Below are positions 33,461 through 41,106 of a stretch of DNA of 41,925 bases, one piece after another (the first letter of the stretch is position 1; the number at the start of each line of letters is the position of its first letter). The stretch spans positions 2,340 through 44,264 of the forward strand of contig CAYYRY010000002.1 of the NCBI GenBank assembly GCA_964474245.1, read 5' to 3'. The position numbers were made by a program, and so were the translations under genes. The notes beneath the pieces were generated by a model, which worked only from the letters and a program-made list of their open reading frames with translations, did not search any database and was not told the DNA's origin. The DNA is from an uncultured Ruminococcus sp. Its GTDB lineage: Bacteria; Bacillota; Clostridia; Oscillospirales; CAG-272.

Positions 33461-35824
33461 ATGAAATATCAGCAGATATGTTATACAAGACTGAATGATA
33501 TCGTAGGCGGAACGCAGGTAGGATTTACAACCTTTAATTCTTCTCCTGATATACCTGAAGATGTTGTCGAGTATTTCAAAGGAACACAAAGTGGTAACCA
33601 GGGCGAGAAATGGCCGATAGACAAAGGTCAGGCTGTTGTCTGGCAGTTTGTTGCAGACGAAAAAAGCAAAACCGTATTTAATACAAGAGTTCTCTTCGAT
33701 ACAGCACTAAAAGACGATAAAGACAAAGACAGTCGCGGAACCATATTCTCTCACTCATTCATATTTCCCATGGAGGATTTCATAAGAGATCCCCAAAGCG
33801 TGCTGAACGTGGATGACAGCAACTATGGTTTTGACCGTAAAAGCACAGAGACTATTCCGCAGGAGCTTGTAAGAACCGAAACTCTTTCTCTTGAGGAATG
33901 CGTTGAATCTTTAGGTATGGATTCAAAAAGTTACTCAAAGCTTGTTTATGCTGTATATAAGTTCCTGACCGATAAAGCCAATAAACCTCTTCATATTATC
34001 TGCGATAATTCAAATGAGAGTATCATCAGGTACATGGTATGTATTTATGCGGCACTTCCGTTTGAATTCAGAAAGAAAATAACTTTCCAAAGCAGCAATA
34101 TCGGAAGAATTCACACTATCAACAGAACGATAATCTTTGAAAACGAATTAAGTAATTACAATGATTATTATATTGAGCCTGTTTCCTCCGAAAACAACTT
34201 TATGACCACCGCTGTGGAGAAAAAGATATCCAAGTACGATTTTATAAAAATCGTGCCTGAAAATTATGCATCAGGTCAGAATTTTGATGAATTATTCAAA
34301 GCCATAGCAAATAAGCTCGCTCTGTTTGACAGTGCAGCGACCACAAAACTGGAGCTTTATAAGATTGCGTACAATTTGCTTCTGGATGACACCAATGACG
34401 GTTCGGTAATGACACCGGAAGATCTCCAGGATCGCTTATATGAATTGCTTCTTTCGGTAGACCATCCGTTTATTGACAGACAGATCCAGTTTGTGCTCGG
34501 TGATATCATAGAGTACAAGTTTGATCTCAGTGATGCCATCGCAGAGGTGCTCGGCCGTAAGCTTGCAGTAACAGAGGACAGAGATCTTCTCGAATGCGGT
34601 TACAGATACAACTTCGGCAGAATCAGCAGAATGGATATTGATGAAGGCGTAAAGTATCTGAATGACGTATACGGAGACCGCACGTCTGAGGCATTCATTC
34701 AGATAAGGTCACTTCTCAATGAAGACGATAAGGGCAAAGAAATTCTGTCACGATTCTATACCAAGTACGTTGCCGCTGAAGTCGTAGCTGACAGAGATAA
34801 TATAATCGCTTTCTATGACGAGACCAAGGATCTTGCAGACAGAAGTAAGGTCGTGCTGTCCATAGAGAATTTTGTCCGTGTATATCTGAAGGCAGAGGTA
34901 GAGCTTACCGATGACCCCAAAGCGCTGCTTGCTGAAGCAGAATATATACTGTCTCAGGTTCTTGCAGATCAGCCGGATATGTGTGCAAAGATCTTAGAAT
35001 ATGTAAAGCTTCTATATTGGAATAACCTTAAGTTTGAGAACATAAGCTTTGCTCCCGACAGCGGTTATGAAGGCGTGCGTCTCGATAATAATAAGAAGTG
35101 CAATATAGTGTTCACTCTTATCGATATCTTCGAATACTTCAAGAATTCAGATATTGTAAGTCTTGCTCCCGTTGTAAACACATTCAAGCCCTCTGAGCTT
35201 GGATTAGGACAGTCCGAGTATGCCGTCGCAATTCAGAAGCTTCATAATGAATGTATTGCATATATCAATGCATACGGAGATTCAAATGCGGATATGGACA
35301 GATGGATACTCGTATCATTGCCGCTTGTTTACATTAAGAAAAGCCCGGCATCATTCTTAATTGACAACAATATCGTATCCGTATGCGAAAACTTCGAGGA
35401 AGCCTACCTTAACTCTGCTTTCCTGAGCAGCGAAAACAATCACGAGCTGTTCAAGGGATGGATGGAGCAGTATGCCGATGCAAAGCTTGAAAACTCTGAG
35501 ATCGCTGCAGAGATTCTCAAAACGATCAAGATGAACGAGAAGAGAATTGAAAATGAGAGACGTCAGGCGGCAAAAGAGTACAAGAAGGCAGAGAAGGAAA
35601 GAGCAAGAGAAGAAAAAGAGCTTCTGAAAGCACAGAAAAAAGCTGAAGCTGATGCTGAAAAGCTTGAAAAAGAGCGTCAGAAGGCTGTTCGTAAAAATGC
35701 TGAGTCAGATCCTTTCAATACAGAGGACACTACTGAAAAGCCGAAGTCGATATTCAATAAGCTGTTTGGCGGTTTAAAACAGAAAAAGAATAACGACGAC
35801 GATTTCGGAGGAAATGAAGATTGA
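33461..35824 (+). CDS. 787-aa protein with GAP1-like (GTPase-associated protein) N-terminus and a K/E-rich coiled-coil tail
   Basis: The N-terminal pattern MKYQQICYTR...GG.QVGFTTFNSS resembles, from memory, the QL.YTS...G..GFQ start of GTPase-associated proteins. The C-terminus is a charged heptad-like segment (ERRQAAKEYKKAEKERAREEKELLKAQKKAEADAEKLEKERQKA). Confidence 0.5.
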   Translation: MKYQQICYTRLNDIVGGTQVGFTTFNSSPDIPEDVVEYFKGTQSGNQGEKWPIDKGQAVVWQFVADEKSKTVFNTRVLFDTALKDDKDKDSRGTIFSHSFIFPMEDFIRDPQSVLNVDDSNYGFDRKSTETIPQELVRTETLSLEECVESLGMDSKSYSKLVYAVYKFLTDKANKPLHIICDNSNESIIRYMVCIYAALPFEFRKKITFQSSNIGRIHTINRTIIFENELSNYNDYYIEPVSSENNFMTTAVEKKISKYDFIKIVPENYASGQNFDELFKAIANKLALFDSAATTKLELYKIAYNLLLDDTNDGSVMTPEDLQDRLYELLLSVDHPFIDRQIQFVLGDIIEYKFDLSDAIAEVLGRKLAVTEDRDLLECGYRYNFGRISRMDIDEGVKYLNDVYGDRTSEAFIQIRSLLNEDDKGKEILSRFYTKYVAAEVVADRDNIIAFYDETKDLADRSKVVLSIENFVRVYLKAEVELTDDPKALLAEAEYILSQVLADQPDMCAKILEYVKLLYWNNLKFENISFAPDSGYEGVRLDNNKKCNIVFTLIDIFEYFKNSDIVSLAPVVNTFKPSELGLGQSEYAVAIQKLHNECIAYINAYGDSNADMDRWILVSLPLVYIKKSPASFLIDNNIVSVCENFEEAYLNSAFLSSENNHELFKGWMEQYADAKLENSEIAAEILKTIKMNEKRIENERRQAAKEYKKAEKERAREEKELLKAQKKAEADAEKLEKERQKAVRKNAESDPFNTEDTTEKPKSIFNKLFGGLKQKKNNDDDFGGNED

Positions 35825-37287
35825 ACGTAGATAAATTGATGGAGACCGGCAATGTGTATTACAGTCTCTGCAGTGGGTATAACTTCTATGTTTTGGCATC
35901 ACGTCAAAAGTATAAGATATTCGGAAAAGAAAAGAACGTTATACAGCACATAAAAACAGGTGAGTATTTTTATGTTTCTGAGTTTCCTGAAGATCTGAAT
36001 CGTACTTTTGACCTGAATTACTGGGTCAAACTTATTAGAAATCCTGTTGACTTAAAACATTTCATATGGCCGGTAGACGTAATTGAGTGGGATGCGACAG
36101 ACAAAAATAACGTGAAATACGCCCTTGTATTCCCGAATCGTGCGCTTCCTGTTTATGATGATTTTGCAAATACTTTAAAAAACGGTATGGATGTCAATTT
36201 TGACGTTCCGTGGGTGAGAAAGATCATCAAGGATTTTCTTGATGCTTGGTGTAATTTTCATTCCAAGGGATATGCATATCATGCATTTTCCAAAGGAAAT
36301 ATGTTCTATAACCGTGATAAAATGGAGGTTATGTTCGATTTCAGCTTCCTGACTCAAAGAACAGACACCCTCTATGAGAAAAAGTTTATCAATCCGGAAT
36401 ATATTACCCCCGACTATGCGGATCCGTATTACTATTATAAGCATAATGCTAATCAAATGGACCTCGCATCGGACTATTATACCGTAGCAGTATTTTTGTT
36501 CAAGCTGTTGATCGGACGTCTTCCGTATGAGGGTAAGGTATTTGATAACGTTGCGAATACTACCGAAACAGAGCATAATACCTGGATAAAAAGATATCAT
36601 AAGAATTCGTATTTTATCTTTGATACGAAAGATGATACTAACCGTATCGGCGGTGAATTCGGATTTGCTGATGAGTTGGTATACGAAAACCGTTGGTTGG
36701 GACTTTCGGAAAACGTCAGAAACATGTTCCATAACGTATTCCAGACAGCCAATGCTCTCAGAACGACAGAAGAATTGTACTATTATACTCCGAAGCAGTG
36801 GCTGGATGCATTGTTTGGAGAGACGGATGATGTTCCCCTTCACTACAGAGAAGCTCAGCTTGAGGAGGTAACGAAAATTTCAGTGCCTCTGAAGACCTCG
36901 GTACCAAGCAAAGTCAGTGTTCCGAAAAAGCCTGAGATCCTCAAAAAGGTAGCTCCCGTTTCCCCTGCTAAAAAAACGTCTGCGGAACCCGAAGTAAAGG
37001 TTACTGCCAGCCCTGTAGCTCCTAAGCCTCAGCCCAAGGCTCAGCCTGCGTCCACCTCAAACGAGTCGGAACCTAAGCAGACAGAAGTGAAGTTTACTCC
37101 GGTATTTCCTAAATCGGATACTTCATCTGAAGTTGATGCCCGCCGTAAGCTGATTTTCGATCTTAAATCAAAATTAGATGCTGTGAAAACGCCTGCTCCG
37201 ATGACCGAGGAAGGCAAGGCGCTTTTGACGAAAATGGTAACAATTCTTAATACGGCTATAAAATCCGGTAAAATTGCTAATAAGTAA
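35821..37287 (+). CDS. Protein-kinase-fold protein lacking the catalytic Asp (predicted pseudokinase) with a P/K/A/S-rich disordered tail
   Basis: The start overlaps the upstream stop (TTGA); the alternative ATG is at 35839. FHSKGYAYHAFSKGNMFY (nt 36277-36300) takes the place of H.DLKP.N. FDFS (36334-36345) takes the place of DFG, and DLASDYYTVAVFLFKLLIGRLPYEG resembles subdomain IX-X. Confidence 0.6.
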   Translation: MNVDKLMETGNVYYSLCSGYNFYVLASRQKYKIFGKEKNVIQHIKTGEYFYVSEFPEDLNRTFDLNYWVKLIRNPVDLKHFIWPVDVIEWDATDKNNVKYALVFPNRALPVYDDFANTLKNGMDVNFDVPWVRKIIKDFLDAWCNFHSKGYAYHAFSKGNMFYNRDKMEVMFDFSFLTQRTDTLYEKKFINPEYITPDYADPYYYYKHNANQMDLASDYYTVAVFLFKLLIGRLPYEGKVFDNVANTTETEHNTWIKRYHKNSYFIFDTKDDTNRIGGEFGFADELVYENRWLGLSENVRNMFHNVFQTANALRTTEELYYYTPKQWLDALFGETDDVPLHYREAQLEEVTKISVPLKTSVPSKVSVPKKPEILKKVAPVSPAKKTSAEPEVKVTASPVAPKPQPKAQPASTSNESEPKQTEVKFTPVFPKSDTSSEVDARRKLIFDLKSKLDAVKTPAPMTEEGKALLTKMVTILNTAIKSGKIANK

Positions 37288-37296
37288 AGCCCTATG

Positions 37297-37379
37297 CTTG
37301 TTTACATAATAAACAAGAGAGGTATGACTGACAACAAAATTTTAAGGTGTTTATGAGACTGCTTCAGGGTAGTCTCATA
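37297..37379 (+). other. Two perfect hairpins in the 134-nt gap after the kinase-like gene
   Basis: CTTGTTTA-CATAA-TAAACAAG lies at 37297-37317 and TATGAGACT-(10 nt)-AGTCTCATA at 37352-37379. Neither has a T-tail. Confidence 0.5.
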
Positions 37380-37421
37380 GGCACAACGAAAATACTGCCA
37401 AAGTGCAGAATGGAGAGAAAT

Positions 37422-38537
37422 ATGGATTTCGGAGCTATAACCAACCGAATTACAAAAAACCGAATTGGGAATTACGAAGCCAAAGACGGTTCTGCAGTAA
37501 GTGTCCAGCTGAGAAATTTGATAGCACAGCATGGCTACGATATATTCAAGGATAAGACTGCTCTGACAGAAGAAATACAGAAGTTCACGCTGTCAAACAC
37601 ACTGAAGAGTCAGCTTACCCTGGTTTTCAGTTGCAGTACGCTTTCTGATTTTATTCTCAATTCCAAGTCAGACCTGAATATGGTCGATATCGATAACGTT
37701 GTTCACAGTGTTGTATCCTCCACAGGATTGACTTACGACTGTGCCATTTCAATAATCGCTGATACTTTTGATGCCTGCGGTTTGAGATTCGCAATAGAAT
37801 ACGGTCCCAAATTGGTAGACGGTACCGTGAAGAACGGACTCTCAGCAATGATGCCTTCGGGCGTGGCTGAAGCTGAGATCAAAAAGACTCAGGAAATGTA
37901 CAACAAGTTTAATTCCACCTACGCTAACGGTATTCAGATAGCGCAGAAGGAACAGGCAAAGAATGAAGCCACAGCGGTCGTAAACGCAATGAACCGTCTG
38001 TGTTCCGCAGGGCTTGCGGAAGGCTATTATTTGCTTGGCAGATGCTATGCTTTTGGAGAGTGTTGTACCAACGTGGATTCCAAAAAGGCACTTGAATATA
38101 TGAAGATAGCTGCAGATAAGGGCCACGTAGCAGCAGCCGGATATCTTGGTGATATGTATTATGAGGGAGATGCGTTTACCAGAGACTATACCCTTGCTCA
38201 TCATTACTATACCCGTCCCGGCACCAAGGCGCTCGGTAAAAAGCAGCAGGATGCCCTGAAGGATATCTATAAACAGGGTGGTGCAAACAAACTTACCATG
38301 ATATTCTCCGGTATCGTGTTTGCACTTATGATCGCTTTTGTTGTGTTCTTCCACGAAGGCATCTTCTCAGGCTCAAGCAGACTGGTAGTAGGCATTATTA
38401 TGCTTGTTTTGTCACTGGTGCCTCACGTAATTGTGATTCAATACAGTATACTTAATAAATATAACGGTATGCGTTGGCTTCTTATGATACAGTTCTTTAT
38501 CTGGGCACTGTATGCGTTTATTTTGGTTCTTGCATAA
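37422..38537 (+). CDS. Sel1-like-repeat protein with three C-terminal TM helices
   Basis: I prefer the ATG at 37422, which has GGAGAG upstream. Sel1-type repeats are AGLAEGYYLLGRCYAFGE...ALEYMKIAADKGHVAAAGYLGDMYYEG...LAHHYY. Three hydrophobic helices lie at the C-terminus. Confidence 0.7.
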   Translation: MDFGAITNRITKNRIGNYEAKDGSAVSVQLRNLIAQHGYDIFKDKTALTEEIQKFTLSNTLKSQLTLVFSCSTLSDFILNSKSDLNMVDIDNVVHSVVSSTGLTYDCAISIIADTFDACGLRFAIEYGPKLVDGTVKNGLSAMMPSGVAEAEIKKTQEMYNKFNSTYANGIQIAQKEQAKNEATAVVNAMNRLCSAGLAEGYYLLGRCYAFGECCTNVDSKKALEYMKIAADKGHVAAAGYLGDMYYEGDAFTRDYTLAHHYYTRPGTKALGKKQQDALKDIYKQGGANKLTMIFSGIVFALMIAFVVFFHEGIFSGSSRLVVGIIMLVLSLVPHVIVIQYSILNKYNGMRWLLMIQFFIWALYAFILVLA

Positions 38538-38545
38538 TAGGGGGA

Positions 38546-40162
38546 ATGAAAATGACACAACTGAAACACATTAAAAATTTGGGAATCAGCCTTGTTTTTG
38601 CGGCGATTCTGATCTACGTACTCATTCTCAACCCCTCAACAGTAGGCTTGGTTTCAGCAGTAGTTGCAATCGGTCTGCTTCTTCTGATCGCATTTGCATT
38701 TAACAAAAATCAGATGGTCGTTCAGAAGTTTGATATGTACATATTAGTCACCTTTTTTGGCTATTACGCAATCAACTACCTGAATATGATAGAGACCTTT
38801 TCCGCAAACGTATTTGTGGGATCAATGGAGAATTACGAGGCTTTCCAGATCATATTGCTGATCGTCTCGATAATCCTTGGACTGGTGTTCAATGCAATAG
38901 GCGAAAACAGAGTAACAACGATCGCTAAGGTTATATTCAAGACCATCGGAGTATTACTCCCACCTATGGGATTATCCGTCTTTTGCTGGGGAGGCTTCTC
39001 AGCAAGTAATCTTGAAGCTCTTCTGTTTATCGGCGTTGTATGTGCGCTGATCGCATTTGCAAGAGGCGTCAGAACTGGTGATGCCACTGAGATCAGAAGA
39101 CCCATGCGCATAGCGTTGTGGCTTGGTATTTTTACTGTTCTGATATCGGTATTCTTCCCGTACTATGAGATCGATTCCCGTTATTTCATATCATATTTTT
39201 CATCAATACTGCTTAGATGGTATATAGTACTGATCCTTTCACTTATCTTGCTTTCAACTATTGTCATCGGAATAAGACAATCCAACAATAAGGTTGATAC
39301 AGACGGTTTGTTTTTGATCGGTCTTCTCGGCCTTCTCTGGGTAGCTAAGGCGGCTGTGTACTTCTACTTCATCTTCAGCTGGATCGCAATATGTGTATAC
39401 CTGGTCTTAATGATCGGCTTCTTCAACCGTTTTGCCAAGCGTAAAAACAACAATTCCGCGGAAGTATCCCTTTACTCATCAATCGGTAAGAATGAGTTCT
39501 GGTGGATCATAATTGCAGCAGTAAGTATCGTCGCAGCAGTGTTCTTTATCAATAAGGGATACATATTCTTAGCGCTGTCACTTGGTATCGGTGCATTTGT
39601 TGTTTCGCATATTCATAAATTGGTTACAGGCTGGGTAAGCGAAGCCGTATACTGGGTATCTCTACTGTTTGCCGTTGCGTTTTCTGCGTGTATGTTAGCC
39701 GTACAAAACGGCTACAGCCCTGTCAAGATAGGTATTATCGCTGCACTGTTTATTTTCTCAGCTATCGTTATGGTACTTCTGTGTCATAATAACTCTATCG
39801 GTAAGAATAAGTTCAAAGCAGGCAAGATAGCAATGGTGCTCGTATTTGCATTACTCGTAGTAATTCCCGCATACAAGGGCGGATCTCATATCGAGATGGA
39901 GATATATGACGGCGACGGAAGTTATGATCCTGCGATATCTTTCGAAGCGGTAGCGGACGGCAAGAATAATGAAATTGTCGGTATGAGATACGTTTGGTCA
40001 GATTCCTTTATGTACGATCAGGGTGCCATGACGGTATCCTCCTCCAATGACGAGTATATGATCATTGAAAACAGACATTTGATAGTTTGGACAATGGACA
40101 GCAACGGCATTGAAACAAGAAGTGACTATTGGTTTGCTCCGGATCATTTACCCCATCGATAA
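38546..40162 (+). CDS. Polytopic (about 12 TM) membrane protein with a roughly 100-aa soluble C-terminal domain, unknown function
   Basis: It starts 8 nt after the Sel1 gene stop, at ATG 38546 or 38552. There are successive hydrophobic helices. No transporter family was recognised. Confidence 0.7.
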   Translation: MKMTQLKHIKNLGISLVFAAILIYVLILNPSTVGLVSAVVAIGLLLLIAFAFNKNQMVVQKFDMYILVTFFGYYAINYLNMIETFSANVFVGSMENYEAFQIILLIVSIILGLVFNAIGENRVTTIAKVIFKTIGVLLPPMGLSVFCWGGFSASNLEALLFIGVVCALIAFARGVRTGDATEIRRPMRIALWLGIFTVLISVFFPYYEIDSRYFISYFSSILLRWYIVLILSLILLSTIVIGIRQSNNKVDTDGLFLIGLLGLLWVAKAAVYFYFIFSWIAICVYLVLMIGFFNRFAKRKNNNSAEVSLYSSIGKNEFWWIIIAAVSIVAAVFFINKGYIFLALSLGIGAFVVSHIHKLVTGWVSEAVYWVSLLFAVAFSACMLAVQNGYSPVKIGIIAALFIFSAIVMVLLCHNNSIGKNKFKAGKIAMVLVFALLVVIPAYKGGSHIEMEIYDGDGSYDPAISFEAVADGKNNEIVGMRYVWSDSFMYDQGAMTVSSSNDEYMIIENRHLIVWTMDSNGIETRSDYWFAPDHLPHR

Positions 40163-40168
40163 TCTTGT

Positions 40169-40214
40169 ATTCGCAAATAAAAAATGATTGCCATTCGCAA
40201 ATAAAAAATGATTG
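40169..40214 (+). repeat. Tandem direct repeat, 2 x 22 nt (ATTCGCAAATAAAAAATGATTG), 24-nt period
   Basis: The copies lie at 40169-40190 and 40193-40214 and are identical. They sit immediately upstream of the lipoprotein gene RBS. Confidence 0.9.
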
Positions 40215-40224
40215 AGAGTAAATT

Positions 40225-40767
40225 ATGAAAAGGATAATTAAAATTACGGCTGTAATTCTTATTCTTGCTGTTATGGCAACATTGATGGCGGGATGCGAAG
40301 CTGATGAGAAAAAGCCCGGACCCGAAGTCGGAAAATGGCACGCGGAAGTAAAGATCAAGGATCTCGGAAGCTCCATGTCTGATGAAGATAAGGCTATTCT
40401 TGCAATGCTTGCGGGTAATATCATGTTTGAGGTAGACGTAGAGTTTGCCGAAAACGGTACGTTTTCGTATTTCATGAATACAGATAAGCTTGAATCAGCC
40501 GTATCCAATTCGTTTACAACTATTTTAGGCTTTATGCTCAATTTCGACATATCGCTGTTTGTAGATAGGATCGTTGAAGCGGTGTTGCAGGATATGATAA
40601 AAACGTCCAATTATGCATTTTCCGGTGAATATGCAACGTCTGAAAGTGAACTGATCACTGCCACCGATTCATCCGGCTTCAACATATACTTTAAAGTATA
40701 TGGCGGTAGCTTGGTACAGGTAAATGATAACGGTGATAAGATACTGACCTTTACAAAAGCTGAATAG
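40225..40767 (+). CDS. Putative lipoprotein, unknown function
   Basis: A signal peptide ends in the lipobox LMAGC. GAGAG lies upstream of the ATG. Confidence 0.65.
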   Translation: MKRIIKITAVILILAVMATLMAGCEADEKKPGPEVGKWHAEVKIKDLGSSMSDEDKAILAMLAGNIMFEVDVEFAENGTFSYFMNTDKLESAVSNSFTTILGFMLNFDISLFVDRIVEAVLQDMIKTSNYAFSGEYATSESELITATDSSGFNIYFKVYGGSLVQVNDNGDKILTFTKAE

Positions 40768-40775
40768 CACAAACA

Positions 40776-40806
40776 AAGAGGCTGACTTGATCAGTCTCTT
40801 TATTTG
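40776..40806 (+). terminator. Intrinsic terminator ending the first cluster
   Basis: AAGAGGCTGA-CTTGA-TCAGTCTCTT forms a 10-bp stem with one G-U pair. TATTTG follows. Confidence 0.65.
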
Positions 40807-40851
40807 TAAAAGAATATTCACACGTTTGAATAGAATTATGGTATAATATCA

Positions 40852-40980
40852 ATGAAGAAGAAAATCGACCACTTTGTCCGTTCTCCCCGTTTGCAGGAGA
40901 TAGTAAAGCATGAGCTTGACAAGATAAACGAGATAGAACAGATTCTTAAAGACCTCGAGGATGCTGACGATATCATTTAA
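40852..40980 (+). CDS. Possible 42-aa acidic helical micro-protein (below the track cut-off)
   Basis: My own translation gives MKKKIDHFVRSPRLQEIVKHELDKINEIEQILKDLEDADDII. The ATG lies only 4 nt after a TGgTATAAT element (40839-40847), so the mRNA would be near-leaderless. No SD sequence is present. Confidence 0.25.
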   Translation: MKKKIDHFVRSPRLQEIVKHELDKINEIEQILKDLEDADDII

Positions 40981-41106
40981 AAGTAATTCCCATAATTACG
41001 CTTAATATGATATAATACTTACACACGTCAAAGTGCGTCACTCGGGTATTTTAAGTTGCAAACCGATTGAGTGAAAAACAAATTCTGATACTGTAAGGAG
41101 AAAACC

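Noticed and set aside
1588-38546. Longer N-terminal extensions offered by the ORF track (starts at 1654, 1642, 9728, 20201, 29179, 31154, 37347, 38474)
   Set aside because: In each case an internal ATG has a proper Shine-Dalgarno sequence and gives a family-typical N-terminus. The extension would also run through a promoter, hairpin or upstream gene.
25727-40610. Minus-strand ORFs inside the accessory cluster (25727-26287, 28634-29050, 31804-32337, 32731-33321, 36175-36843, 37842-38354, 40062-40610)
   Set aside because: All are antisense to plus-strand genes with RBSs and motifs. None has an RBS or a recognisable motif. They are treated as shadow ORFs.
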